From positions 1,546,551 to 1,610,550 of the forward strand of contig RHPI01001037.1 of NCBI GenBank assembly GCA_009103225.1: a DNA stretch of 64,000 nt, given 5' to 3'. Both the position numbers and the translations under genes were made by a program. This DNA is from Chlorokybus atmophyticus. Lineage: Eukaryota > Plantae > Mesostigma and Chlorokybus algae. Numbering within the stretch: position 1 is the stretch's first letter; each line of letters opens with the position of its first letter. The notes beneath the pieces are model-generated. The model searched no databases. It had not been told where the DNA came from and saw only the letters and a program-made list of their open reading frames with translations. Below, one piece after another: positions 1-14,300 of this stretch.

Positions 1-106
1 TGCAATGTGCATACTGCAGAGAGCATGCCAGCGGCCAGAGTAATGCACCAACCTTAACGCCTCGGCTCTCAACCCGGCGGCCGCCTGCAATGGCAGCAGC
101 GCTTAC

Positions 107-207
107 AATGCGGCGACTACTGCTTTCCACACCACATGCCCAGCGGCCCACCTCAGCTGCGTAGTCCCACCCACAGACCCCACCGCCGCCGCCGCCGCCG
201 CCGCCAT
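107..207 (-). CDS. Possible first exon of a gene running off the window start (MAAAAAAAAVGSVGGTTQLRWAAGHVVWKAVVAA...)
   Basis: ATG at 207 in a GC-rich (GCG)n context; GTAAGC donor at 106 on the minus strand. No recognisable domain. Confidence 0.25.
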
Positions 208-949
208 TGCGGCTATACCCTTCTGCTCTAGATTACAGTTCAGTATGCTACAGTGTTCCTGACAAGGTGGCGCAGGGCAGTGTGCAAGCGATGGTATGCA
301 AGAATGTGTACTGGGTAGGCAGATACGTGCAGCAGTAGTGGTTGAGAGAGGCGAGGCCTTGTTATTAGCATACCAGCAAGCAAGCCATGCAGCAATGGCG
401 CTGCCTTCTCCAATCAACTCTTGGCTGTTTATGTCTGTGTGACCGCGCGCGTGTGGCTGTGCACATGCTCGAGTGTGTGGTGAGGTGGACACGCACTGTT
501 GTCCTTGACAACCGACCAAAGTGAGTATCCTCAAGACGCCCTTGCATCATGGGTTGTGGTGAAATTTCATAACGATCCACAGCCTGAAATAACTGCAAAA
601 TCTAGCCCGCGCATTGCAACAGCACAACACGATGAAAGCCAGCCAACAGTCATGCTCTACCACTTTATTGTTGGCAACGCTACTTGCTGCCAATGCAAGA
701 AAGCAATTTCATGATACACACACTGTCTATTCAAACGAAGCACCAAGAGTGCCAGTCCAGCGTCCTTGCGCTACGCGCCTTGAGCAAGGGTATGTACACA
801 AGATAATGACCGGCACAACTTTCTAGGACTAATGGCAAAGCCTCCTGCTTAGAGACAGCTCTTCACCATCCATGCACATAGCTTCATGAAAGTGCGCTGG
901 TGTACCTTCATGACGACCACATTAACAATAAAAGCCAAAGGGTCAATGC

Positions 950-3943
950 CTATATGTTATTGAGTGGTTGGCCTTCCCCCCGAGTCGCTGTGTTCGCCGG
1001 CTGGTTCTCCGCGTCCAGTGGCATGTATTGCGACATAATGGCGCGGATCTCCGAGTCCATGTACTGGCGAAGGCGGTACTTGTACACGACATAGCCTGCG
1101 CCGGCCAACACCGCCAGACAGGCCAGCACGATGGCCGTCACGCCGACCGCACCCATGCCGCCAGAGTCTGACCCACACGTGTCCTGCCCGACACAATAAT
1201 AGAGTGAGTTTTCGACTGAAAGTTTCAGCAAGTTGCGCGACTGCAGGTTATGCTTACCGAGCTGCGATGGTACACTGCGCCACTCTTGCATGAACACATG
1301 AATGAACCAATGGTGTTCTCGCACTTGCAGTCCCTGCAGCGGCACATGGTTTCGCACTCGTTGATGTCGTTGCAGTTGACGCCGTCACCCTGAAAACCCG
1401 ACGGGCACTCACAGCCAGCATACGCCTCCTAGCAACAGTAAACATCAGTGGGTTGCAGTGACAGCCTACCACCGCCAGGCAGCAGACAACATCTAAGAGG
1501 TAAGAAGCAAAGGCGTGGAGCATTGGCATGCATGCGCACCGGTTTGCATGCAGACCAGGTGGTGTTGCCCTGAGAGAACGACCAGCAACCGCCATTGTTG
1601 AGCTCGCAACGAGTGCCGGTGACTGGCTCACACATGCTGTACCCGTCGCCACGGAAAGTGTAGGGTCCCACGGTCGGGCACTCGCACACCTTGCCACGGA
1701 AGGTGTCCTTGCAGGCAGTAAAGTTGAAGCCAGACCAGCAACCACCATTATTGATCTCGCAATCATTGGTCTGAATATCTGCAGCAACAAATGCTTAGCA
1801 ACACAATTTGACTGACGGCTCAGTCCCAACACCCTGAATCGGTTTTTGGCACTGACCAGGGGTAAGGCAAGCTGGTGGCTCTGTTGTTTCGCTGAAACCA
1901 GCGCATATGGCCTTCTGAACCGGAAGCTTGTCGAGCTGCCCGCGATATTGGTGCTGGTTGATGACGATGGTTGGCAGGATGGTCACATCACTGCGTCCAT
2001 CCTTGCCGACTTGAGCATCCTGCTCCTTGTTCAACAGGTCCAACTCCTCATCCAAATTGGGGTCTCCAATGCATGCATTCACGGCAGCAACATCCAAACC
2101 TGCTCAGCAAGCAACCATGCCATTCATAATCTCTCTGGGTCTGCTTGTTCCGACCTCAAAGCGCCAAACACTGCACAATACCAACGACCTCTATGCAAAC
2201 AATATTTGTGACAATGTGCCCAACTGCCAACCTGTGAGCCGCAACAATCTACCACAACAACTACACAAAAAGAACACTCACCAATGGCACGAATCACTTC
2301 TTCGGCACAGGACGAATTGAAGTTGAGTTCTGTCATTTTGCAGCGGTCATTGAAGTCATTGACATATGACCACCACAGCCATGGCATGTGGACAGCATCC
2401 TTGGCTATCTGGAATACGCAGAGCTGGCGCAAATTCTCCAGCACCACATCCTTGCCATCATAACCAGCCTCGAAGTCTCCATCCGGATCTGGAGTGCAGT
2501 AGCGCCCGTGCCGGATGCACTGCTTGTCACACGGCAGAGTGCCCAGGTACTCTGCCGGACAGTACCAGGTAATGTAATGAGGAGTGAACTCAGTAAACTT
2601 CCCTTGCTCAAGGCTTGAAGCGACTGCGTTGAAGGACTTGATGAAGTCCAACTGCGCATCGCACTTGGGCCCACACGCCTGGTTGCTGTTGACCCACAGC
2701 TCCCATTCTACGCGGTTGTCTGGGTGAGGCAGATCCCACTCAAGCGAAACCTATAAAGTAGCAATGTACCAAACCAAACTCAGCACATGCACCACGCACA
2801 GATTCATATACAGCACATAGCGCATTGGCATACCTGCACCATTTTGCCTGTCTGTATGGCCTCCCTGATCTTCTTTCCAAGTGAGAGCTGAATAAAAGCC
2901 GAAGGAATGGTAATGTTCGGCAGGTACTCGTCAGCAGGTGTGTCCATCGTGATTAAAGGCTCATCCCGATCATCAACAACAAGCACTGCTGACGCTCCAG
3001 CTTGCTGTGCATTGAATATCTTCTGCGTAAAGTAGCAACCTACGTGCATGCGCGTATCACAGCAAGCCCAAATTGTCTCACATGCTCCAGGCATTTAAGA
3101 TTGAGGTTGAGAGACGTCACACAAAATTACTCAAAGTTACTACCATAAACATGTGTGACATTTGGCCCTTGCATAGAGTCCAGCATACTTACCCCCTCGG
3201 TTGAGCATCACAATCTGTGAGACTCCTCGTTGAGGGGAGTATGTGTGTCCATCTCCAGGGAAGATCTGGCAACCATCTTGGTTGGCATCAGGATACACAA
3301 CAGTGCCTCGCAGACGCCCACCATACTGCGGCACGCCGAAATTGCCAATCGCTGCTTGGTAATCGCCATCAATCCCGGGTGCTCCCATGATGTGCAGGGC
3401 TGCCATATCGTATATGTTAGCAGAACAAGCACAACGTGGACGCTGAACTGCAACTTTGCATGTATGCAACAGACACTCAAGCAGAATAGCTCCGGCGAGA
3501 TGGCAAGCTTCAAGTGTTGGTTAACACCTGCCCATGCTAATTAACAACAGCGTCATAGATGCCAAAGACAACCAATGCTGCAGAAGTGAGCTAGCTGTAA
3601 GCAAGTACTAACAAAATATAACCATATGGCTGACGACAGACGTCAACTTGGCGACAATTGGCACTGTAACAGCTGCATGGAGTTCAACACACCAAAACCT
3701 GACCCGGGGACCATACCGCACAATTCTGCGGTGACGTGCAACAAAATGGAGGACCACATGGGGCGGACCAACACCCAACTCACAACAGACGCTTGTGCGT
3801 CCGCACATGACCAGCAACAACCATGCCATACCGTTGGTCTCCACGATGAAGGCGGCATGCGCAACGTGCAGCAAGCACAGCGAGGCGAACAGCGCCCATG
3901 TCAGCGCAACCACAGCCGGGCGGCGACCTCCCGGCAAAGCCAT
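950..3943 (-). CDS. VSR: Vacuolar sorting receptor (BP-80/VSR family), multi-exon
   Basis: Signal peptide [47 protein letters not shown]; PA domain ([18 protein letters not shown]...ITIPSAFI); [10 protein letters not shown]...[33 protein letters not shown]; [14 protein letters not shown]; EGF-like repeats; TM helix; tail [24 protein letters not shown] with the YMPL sorting motif; stop at 950. Confidence 0.96.
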
Positions 3944-3996
3944 TGCCACCGCCTGGCCTGGCCTGGCCTGGCCTGGCCCGGCGTCTCTCAGTCCTA

Positions 3997-4004
3997 AAAC
4001 CCTA
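3997..4004 (+). promoter_or_regulatory. Telo-box-like motif AAACCCTA just upstream of the VSR start
   Basis: Exact 8-mer about 55 bp upstream of the ATG; a motif this short can occur by chance. Confidence 0.25.
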
Positions 4005-4773
4005 GCACTGCGCTGACCCCAACCAACAGACCAAGCAGAGGCTACACCCGGAAGCAACACCAACCTGGTAAACAACTGCTTTCAGACGACCAGCGTGCCC
4101 CTGTCACCCTAACCCCCCGAAACACACCGCCCACGCTGCCACCTCAGCCTCCGCCTCCCCCGCCCACACCTTCAGACACCTCACCGCCGATGACCCAAAT
4201 CACGCTAACTACATGTCAACGCTTCCGCCCAACCAGATATCGACACAGGTTAGATGTTCCCGCCATCTGTGCCTTCGATGTACACACTAGTCCTGTCAAC
4301 AACAAGTGGTAAAACCCTTGCCAGTAATGTATGTGTGCAATCCATTGGTCTAAGACAGTAAGCAGGCCGTATTTGCGTGGTGATCCCGTGAAAACGGAAA
4401 AATTTGTCCGGTCTGTAGCGGTCCTGTGGTACACGTACCAGAGGACTCTTCACGTTCGGTACGGGTGTCACGCGAGCAAGCAGGTGCTTTGAAACCCGTT
4501 CGAGAAACACGAGTAGTCTGTTAGTTTGCCCTCGAAGCGATCTCGCCCACAGGATGCGGATCCGCCGCTTCGATGTCGGTGACGACCTGCAACGATATCA
4601 CCCGCAACCAGTCAAGAGCAGTTTTGCCAGCTTTAAGCTGTATATGACTATACGGAGCCTCATAATGGCTTGTATCCGGTATAAAAATATAGTACTTGTA
4701 GCAGTGGCCAGCACTGTGTGTGGCGGCGGCGGCGGTGGCCGTTGTGGTTGCCGGCGAGCGGCGTGGCGTTCTC

Positions 4774-7700
4774 ATGTTGAAGGTTGGCAAGGGCGTTGCT
4801 GCGGATGTTCGCGGCCGCCTCCCCCACTACAGCCATGACTGGGTGGATGGCTTTCGGAGCGGAGGAAGGTGCGGATCCTGCCTATTCTGATTGTCCGGGA
4901 ATAGGGGTGGAGTGGGAAAGCATTGTGTACTGTATATCCATGACATTGCGAGTTGTCTCACGTCGTGTGCATTGCAACTCCGTGAATAAACGTCTTCGTT
5001 CCGCTTTGTGGAATAAGCCAGACTGCAGTGTTAGTTGAGCGCATGCCACCATGTACTGCCTGTCGTTTTTGTTATTCGGCATTACATGCATGCGTCGAGC
5101 TTCACGCAGCTTCATTTAGGTGTATGTGTGTACCTAACGCAGTTCTTTGAAGCGTGCATGGGCATGCAGTGACATCGTGCAGTTTCATGCCAACGATCTC
5201 TGCGCATGCACGCGTTCACATGCAAATTTGTGCTACACCTGCAACACCTACTAGTCATACAGCGGGTGTATGGACCTTGTACCTTATCTCACTGCACATA
5301 CCACACAGGATCTTTGCACCCGCAACATACATCTTCTTTGCATCCGCCATCCCAGCGCTAGCTTTCGGCGAGCAGTTCACCCGTGACACAGGTATACAAC
5401 AACAACAAGTAACCATCATGCTCACACAAAACCAACACCATAACAGACCAAACCGTAGGCAACATGGACCCCCCTCCCCCCCCCCCCCCCNNNNNNNNNN
5501 NNNNNNNNNNNNNNNNNNNNNNNNNNNNNNNNNNNNNNNNNNNNNNNNNNNNNNNNNNNNNNNNNNNNNNNNNNNNNNNNNNNNNNNNNNNNNNNNNNNN
5601 NNNNNNNNNNNNNNNNNNNNNNNNNNNNNNCCCCCCCCCTCACTGCCTTCACTTCTTGCCAGCTAGTGCTATCACCCCCGTGCAAGTGTTGGCCGCGACG
5701 GGCCTCGCAGGCGTGGTGCAGGCGGTGTTAGGTGGGCAGCCTCTGCTGATAGTTGGTGTGGCGGAGCCGATTGTGTTGGTGTACACGTACATGTGGGAGT
5801 TTGTGCGGGACAAGGAGGACTTGGACAGAGGCGCGCTCTTCCTCCCGTGGGCCGCGTGGGTTTGCCTCTGGACGGCGCTTATACTCGCCGTGATGGCGCT
5901 CACCAACGCGTGCACTTACATCGATAGGTGAGAGCGTCGTTGTTGAGTGCATTGTGCTGCATGTGGACACACCCAACAAGGAAAAGGACACATTGGTAGC
6001 AACATGAGTGTCTCTCAGGTTTACGCGCTTCTCAGGGGAGCTGTTTGGCGGCCTCATAGCGGTGCTGTTCATGCAGCAGGCCATCCGCGGCGTGCAGGAG
6101 CAGTTTCAACGCAACAAGGAGTTCTCGTAAGTTTGTCAGCCTTGTTCTTGAAACATGCTGCAATTAACAACATGTCATGGCCAAGCATCCTCATCTTGTC
6201 ATGTTTTTGCAAGGGAAGAAGCCAATGTCTACCACTGGCGCCTAGTCAACGGCCTTTGGAGCCTGTTCCTTGCATGGGGATTGCTTCTCACAGCGTGCCT
6301 GAGTCGCCAGGTGAGAGAGAGAACATCAACAAAGAAAGAGAAAAAGCTCTCCTTCATAGACCTGGATGACACATACCCACATGATGTCTGATGTCAAAGA
6401 CATTATCTGAAACCAACATACTTCTTCTGTATTTAGGCTAGGCGTTGGCGGTTTGGGACTTCGGCTTTACGCTCCCTGCTAGCGGACTATGGCGCCCCAC
6501 TGGCGGTGCTCATGTGGACTTTGGTGTCGTACGCTGTCACGGGCACGCCTTCGGGCGTGCCGAGACGCCTGCCCACACCAAACATATGGGAGAGCACCCG
6601 CTTCTGGAGCACCGCCAAGGTAATGTGGGGTTTGTGTCGCAATTTGTGCAGCTTAAGTTCATCAGTGTTATACTACAGGATTTGGGAAAGGTGCCGGGGG
6701 CGTACGTGGCGGCGGCGCTCATACCCGCGCTGATAATCTCCATCCTGTTTTACTTTGACCACAGCGTGTCGGCGCAGCTGGCTCAGACGCCTGAGTTTAA
6801 CTTGCGCAAACCATCCGCGTACTCGTATGACCTCCTCCTCCTTGCTGCCATCACTGCTGTCCTGGGACTCGTTGGCCTACCACCCATCAATGGCGTCCTC
6901 CCTCAGGTGAGAGATGGGTTCGCACAAATCAAGTCATTGCACTCAGCCATGCAAACGCACACGTGCACGTGCGCAGTATCATGACTGCGTGTGGGCATGC
7001 TCCTGCACACGCACATGCACTCGCTCTCACTGTCACTTTCACTCTCTCCCTTGGTTTCACATACAAACTGAGCGGTTGTGTTGTCGACTACAAACAGTCT
7101 GATCTAGGGCAACTGACCACCTTCTGACTTGTTTAGGCTCCGATGCACACCAAGTCTTTGGCGACGTTGAAGAGGGAGATTGTGGGCGGCGCGCTGAGGC
7201 GTGCAGCCAAGCGGGCAATCGTGTCAGGTCCAACCCATGGCGAAACAGGAGAAGGACTTGACAAAACCCAGCAGCGCGACGCCGTGATGGCGCGCATGGA
7301 GAGCAGCGCCGCGAAGCTCGACAGTGCTGCTGTTGAGGTGCTCCGAGATGCGCGCAGGCTCAAGCCCGCCGGCGATACGGACAAGGAGGCTGGTGACAAC
7401 AGAGATGAGGAGGACAAGAAAAAGGACAGTCATGCCTTCAACATTGATCGTGATATTGATCAGTACTTGCCTGTGGAGGTCAAGGAGCAGCGCCTCAGTG
7501 GGCTCATACAGTCGCTGCTGGTATGTACTTGCAAGTGTTGGTGTTGTTGGTGGCTTCGATGTGGCACTACTGTGAGTGGGTCATTGAAGTGTGAGTGTGT
7601 CGTGTATGGGCTTTAGGTTGTGGTGTGTCTGGTCTTGACACCTATTCTGAGGAAGATCCCGCTGGCGGTGATATACGGGTACTTTGCCTTCATGGCGGTG

Positions 7701-8860
7701 GAGTCCCTGCCCGGCAGCCAGTTCTGGGGACGCCTGCTGCTGCTCTTTACCGACCCCAAACGCCGATACATGTGCGTTTCAACTATCGTGAAGTTTGTTG
7801 TGCCTCAGTGCTGTTCGCAATGGAGCTATCTGTTTCTCAAGTTCGCTCCTGCCAATTACATTTTGGTCCAGTGCTTGCCTTCCTTCAACATGGAGTCCAC
7901 AGTGTGTCTGACTTGCCTAGGCATACTGTTGTTGCGAACACAGTGGGTGAAGTCAAGGCGTGAGCTCTGTAAAAGTCATACGTATGTTGTGCTGTGAGTA
8001 GGCCATATCCCCTCACAAGAGTCATTTTCTCAATTTCTGTAGGTTGCTCGAGAAGGAGCATGTGCCGTATCTGGAGACGGTGCCATTTCGGATCATAGCC
8101 GCGTTCACGCTGTTCCAGACAGCATACATGATGGGCGTGTGGTGCATCACCTACTTCGCCGGTGTTGCAGGACTCCTCTTCCCCATCCCCATCATTCTCC
8201 TCATCCCAATACGCATGTACATAATGCCAAAGGTGAGCCCACCTCACGTGCCCACTCACTCTCCACCTATATGCACACGAGGAGAGAGACACGCACACGC
8301 ACAGGCACACATTGAAGTCACATGCTTTCTTGCTTTGCCATCAGGTGTTCCCGAAGGATGCATTGCGCGAGCTCGATGCGGCTGAATTTGAGGAGGTCAG
8401 CCCCTTGCCTCACGAGGAGGCCGTGCGTGCGAGTGAGGAAGCTGGTGGCGGCGGCAGTGTGCGCGAAAGCGCGCCGGTCGATGGCGGACACGAGCGCGAC
8501 GAGCTTGAGAGACACTTCAGCGGGTACCGCATCAAGCACCAAGTATCCCGAGGCGAGCTTGAGAAGGTAGGCTCAGAGTTTGTTGTGACATGCCATCGTG
8601 TTGCTCTTGGTTTCTGTGCCGCATACCTACCTGTTATCAACACCACATTGACCCTGACCTCAACATCAGAATGCTCGCACTGCAACAACACTCAGCACAC
8701 ATGATTTGTATACTGCAACAAATGCTCATGGTGCTGCTTGCTTGCGCAGAGGTTGAGGTCCAGAAGCTTCTCGGATGTGGAGTTGAGGGTTGTCACTATC
8801 GACCCGCCGCACGCCAATGGGCGAGACAGAATGCATGCAGCTGCTGGACATTCGCAATAG
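4774..8860 (+). CDS. BOR1: Borate/bicarbonate transporter, plant BOR1-type (SLC4 family), multi-exon
   Basis: [27 protein letters not shown]; [23 protein letters not shown]; [13 protein letters not shown]; [24 protein letters not shown]; [16 protein letters not shown]; [15 protein letters not shown]; [15 protein letters not shown]; [14 protein letters not shown]; LDAAEFEE. Last exon inferred at 8750-8860. Confidence 0.95.
5491..5630. other. Assembly gap (N run) inside a BOR intron, flanked by poly-C
   Basis: Seen directly; the flanking exons join in frame (RDT|ASAITP). Confidence 0.99.
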
Positions 8861-9632
8861 TGCACGCTCACCACTTGCGCCTTCCAGTTCATTGTAATCT
8901 AGACAATTGTTTGATTGCCGATTTGTAATAGATGACATAGGCTGTACTTGCTAGCTATTGGCGAAGCTTGCGACTCTCTCGCTGGATATTTGCCATAGGG
9001 ATAGTGTCAACTGCGGTTGTAGCGGAGCTGGTAACTTCTCTATTCTTAAGGAGGGTGGATCTCACCAGCAACTCTTTGTGTCTATGTCATCAATTATGAC
9101 ACATGACTCATAGAACCCTGTCTCACATGTCTGACATCAGCCCAGTACTGAGCTACGCAGTTGTCGGCCATGCAAGTGTATTGCAATGACAACCAGTGCT
9201 GTAATCTGCTGCAACTTCATGCTGTTGCTAACACTAACACCGCATCCAAGTGACCCACGAATCTGCAACATCAACAAATGCCGCAGCGCCTCATAGCGCG
9301 ATTCATGCAGTGAGTCTCATCGTAACTGACAATATGCCGGAACTTGCATTGTGTCCCATGCCGCTCAACATGAGACTCGCAATACCACGAGGTCCCCAAC
9401 TTGATCCCCCCTAGTGATAAAGTATACATGTCATGGCCGACACGCCAGGTTTCACACTTACTGTGTAGCTGTTATCGCTGCACACGCACACCAAAACCTC
9501 AACTACTTGTCCACTCCCGTTGCGCACTACGCCTGGCATAGCTCAGCCGCACACACGCAACTCCTAAACAAACTCCCCTCTATACACGCTCCTCGCCAAA
9601 ACCTCTCTTCAACTCACACTTCTCTCCCTCTC

Positions 9633-10869
9633 CTACGCCAGCTTCCCGCGCAGGATGCCCGCGACGCGCTCAATCCCCCGCCCGACGCGGTATATCTCGT
9701 GCTGGACGGCGCGCCAGGCATCGCTATTATCGGATGCGGCCGCGGAGGCGTCGGTGATGGCGTCCGCCACGCTCGGGAACACCGTGCTGCCGTACTCGTT
9801 GTGGACGGCGGGGTCATACACCTGCGCACAGACGCGAGCAATCATCAAGCACGGTGGCTACCTGACAAGCACCAATCGCTGCTAAGCAGTTTCGCTAGTG
9901 CACTGCTATTGAGTACTGTATTTTCAGGCCGTGCACTAAAAATCCCATCCATGATTGCCTTATGTCAGCCTTTACTTGCTTGCTGTACTCTAGTGCTGTA
10001 TTCTGCCAGTTCCATGCTTGTGGACGGAGTGCTACATGACAAGACGGTGCCTATATGCACGGTGCTTGCAATACAACATGTGACCGCTTACCAGGTGGCG
10101 GTACCACGGTCGGCCAGGGAGACCGTGCGCCTCGAGGAAGCCACGCTCGGCTTGATACAGCCGGTCGTTGAGAAGCCTAACACCAACACCAAACATCACC
10201 AGCGCGACACGGCAGAAAAGGCCAAAGCACCTTTGCTGCTAGGAGTGTAACACGCGTGCACGCGAGCATGCGTACTAGTGTGTGTGCGTGTGCACGCATA
10301 CGTGTGCGTATGCGCTTGTGCAGGTGTGTGACATGGACGCCAAGTCCAGACATACCTGCGCTTGAGGTCATCATGGCGTTTCAAGCTGGAACGCTCAGCT
10401 TCGACGTTGCTAGCTTCGTGTGTGAGTGTCAAGATGGCGGCCCTAAGCGGCATCACACTCACACTGGTTGGCGCATTCGCAATCCTCAACACTTCCTGCA
10501 AACACCAAGTCTGAGCATACCAGAAACCAATTGATTGACTCAACCAGTGAATGTATCGCTCCATCTAACCATCTGTCATCAAGCAAGTAAACCTACTATC
10601 AAACATGCACACACGCACACCCACCTCCAGCTCGTTGACGTGTCCCGTGAGTGCCTCCGCATAGTTCGTATAATTGAGCGGCAGCACCGCATCATCGGCG
10701 AGTCTCAGCGCGGCCAGTCCCCACAGCCGCGCGACAGCGACGTGCCTCCTGAACCCCGGGTCGCCGAAGAGCGCCATCCATCGGTAGTCGTCGTAGAGGG
10801 AGTGGTAGACGGGGTAGTCCGTGCCGTCGTTGCTGCGAGGGTGAGAGAAGTGTTGGTTTGGGTCTGGAG

Positions 10870-10916
<47 letters not shown>

Positions 10917-11282
10917 ATNNNNNNNNNNNNNNNNNNNNNNNNNNNNNNNNNNNNNNNNNNNNNNNNNNNNNNNNNNNNNNNNNNNNNNNNNNNNNNNNNN
11001 NNNNNNNNNNNNNNNNNNNNNNNNNNNNNNNNNNNNNNNNNNNNNNNNNNNNNNNNNNNNNNNNNNNNNNNNNNNNNNNNNNNNNNNNNNNNNNNNNNNN
11101 NNNNNNNNNNNNNNNNNNNNNNNNNNNNGGGGGGGGGGGGTTGAAGAGTGTGTGTACCCGAAGCCGGCGATGAAGCCGGGGATGGCGCAGTGGTGGATGA
11201 AAGGGCTGTGGTCGGAACCGCTGCCGCCGGGGCGCAACACTGTCGGGCGCTGGCAAAATAGGTGAACAGAACCGTCAGTCTA

Positions 11283-11314
<32 letters not shown>

Positions 11315-14300
11315 ACGCGCCTATCACAACATACAACATAGATGGCAGCCAAATCTCAGCAAAAACGTCCCACCTCTGATGCTTCCACGTGCGTGCTGTC
11401 CTGCCACCTCTCATACAAACTCCTGCTCTTGTTGTTGTTCGCCTCCGGATCCGGTATCAACTCAGTGATCTCCCACAGGACATGATCGAGCGTCGGGGTC
11501 GCGATGACCACCAGAGCGGGGCCGCTGACGGCCGAGTCGACGTTGAGGTGGAAGACGGCGTTCTGTAACAGGAGGGCCTCGTTGGACTCGACCCACTCGG
11601 TGGAACCGATCAACGCCTGCTCCTCGGCGTCCCAACTGGGGAGGTAGAACAACAGTCAAGTCACCACAAGTGTACTGGCACACGCATGGAGACATCTTTG
11701 TGTGTGTATGCAGAAGGGCATGCGCGTGTGGGCGTGCATGCGTTCGTGTGCGTGCGTGCGTGCACGCACGCACACGTGCACGCACGCGCGCCAAGACGTC
11801 TCCATGCAGTCATGTGTGTCTAACTGCACATTCATGCGGCGAGCACACGCAAGCTTGTGTATGCTTGCACATCATATACAACTACACCCAACCCCTCCCC
11901 TCCTCACCTTGCAAAGATGAGCGTGCGTCTCGGTCTCCACCCCCTGCGGTGCATCTCCCCTACCCCGCGCGCGATCTCCAGCATGGCCGCGGTGCCGGAG
12001 CTCGGGTCCACCGCGCCGAACACCCACGCATCGCGGTGGTTGCCCACGATCACATACCTGAAATGACAGATGGTCATACACGATGCATGGTCTGTCTGTG
12101 CATGTGCGTGGTGAGGTGTGCACGTAGTGTGTGCGTACAAACATGCATGAAGTACTTGAGTGCATCAGTGCAGGCATACCATATTGCGCATGCATTCCAT
12201 ACGTGAGTGCGTGTCATGTGCAGCATGCATGCACGCAGGCGTGCATGCATGTGTATGTATGCGTGTGTCAGGCTGCAGGGTGTAAGCTTGAGGTTTTCAT
12301 CAACCTGTTGGGCTCCTCGTAACCTGTGAGCTCCGCTATGACATTCCAGATTGGCGCAATTGTGTTGTTCATCTCCAGCTGCAAGTCCACCTTCACTGGA
12401 CCTGCAAATTATTGTCTGTGTGTTATAAGTGTTGAGATGTTGTATCATTGTTTCATGTTCACATGAAGCTCGAGAGCACATCAAACATCGAATCTGACTG
12501 ATTGATTTGCTGGACAATACAATTTAGACATTAAAAACTTAGAAATCATTCTCACCTTTGCTAATATACCGCACAACACACAGCCCAACAGACATCAACA
12601 CCCGACACAAACTGAACACAAGTCCGATACGCCCGTACCAGGCCCGAGCCTGTAGTTGTCAAACAGTTGTCCCTGCCACTCGCACGGCGCCGACGGCCCT
12701 TCCAGGTTCGACAGTATCGGCAACGCATCCCCGTACGATATCGCCAACGCCTGCACACGACATACGCTGTCAACACATCGAGCAAACAAAAACCATTTTG
12801 TTAACGACGACGCTTACGGGTATGGTTGGCAGTCCCACGGGCTTGTCGAGACGCTCCCCGCCTTTCGATGAAGGCCAGCCGGGGGTCGTGGGGTCGCCCG
12901 CGATGCGCGCTGTTGAACCACGCTGCGTGCGCCAGGTATCCCAGGTAAGGAGCGTAGCGGCATACAAACGGACGGAAGTACTAGAGACTAGTACCGCGCA
13001 TGATGCTACCACACCGTTGAATAGGTAAACATGCTAGCACCACAGCTGCAGCGGTAAAGCTCTGTACTTCTGTACTATACTACTGTTACTGCATGATTCT
13101 GATGCGTTCTACCACACATGAGTGCATACCATGGTGCCGTGTTGCAATGTGCTACGATACGCAGGCAATGTGCTTGAATACAATTTGCATCACTACACGT
13201 ACACTCGCAGCTCATCCACATCGCTTATTCACGCTACACACACCAACACTGACCGCACGCACACCACTGCAACCGCTCATCCACCCTCGACACGCCACAC
13301 CCCTGAACCACGTCATGCCGCTGCACGCTTCTGACCTGCGCCCCGGACGGCGGCAGCCACCTGTCGCGTGGGTACGTGTGGTTGCCGTCCGTGCCGTCCG
13401 GAGCGTAGTCGGCCGGGTCGGAGTAGATCAGCACAGCTTTCGCACCCGCCTGGGCAGCGTTCTCAACCTGCAACGTGTGCGTGTGGTCATATCATCAATG
13501 GGTATGAGCGCGTGCATGCGTGCGCGTGTGCGTGCGTGTGAGTGTGTGTGTGTGTCTTCGCCTGTCTGTGTATGTATGCTGTACCTTGTCGCCGCGGTAG
13601 ATGGTGCCGTAGCGCACGATCACGATGGAGCCGTTGGCGCTCACGCCGAGCTTCTCTAACCTCGCAAAGTCCTCGACAGTGCCATAGTTGACGTACACGA
13701 CGTGTGCGGTCGCATTGCCTGCAAACAACGAGTGGGTTGAAGCTCATCGTAACATCGCCACCTTGCTGACCGATACATGTGTGTGGTTAAGTTGAAAACA
13801 TGAATCCTTAGACATCGTCATCAACGTGAGTTTCCATTTTTTATTACTACTCGCATGCACACAAACACACGCATGCACCACACCTGATGGCGTGTAGCCG
13901 AGGAACGGGTCCAACGCACGCGGGTCCTTTGTGCTCGGGTCCTCTTCTATCACATCCTCCTGCACACAAGACTCTCACCTTACCGCAAGAAACAGTATTC
14001 TCATTATCATATCAACAGCAACAATGCTACCTTCAGCTTGGCGTCGTGCTTGAACGGTTCCACGATGGACAGCGACCGCCGCACCGGGTACGTGAGCAGC
14101 ACGTCGTACTGGACGATGTGCGTCTTGAAGCCGTACTCGTCGAACCTGGCCTTCACGTAAAGTGCTCTGCAAAGATACACATATTACTGTATGTATGCCA
14201 TCTATTGCTTCATGTATACTCCCAACCACGGTTCGTGCCATTGATTGCTAGGACACGTTCACCGTGCATGCACACAATGGACGTCATAGATGAAGAATGT

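Noticed and set aside
90-164. Plus-strand presequence-like peptide MAAALTMRRLLLSTPHAQRPTSAA
   Set aside because: It stops after 24 codons with no convincing donor or downstream exon.
9414-10250. 278-aa plus-strand ORF
   Set aside because: Antisense shadow of the last GCPII exons; no recognisable motif.
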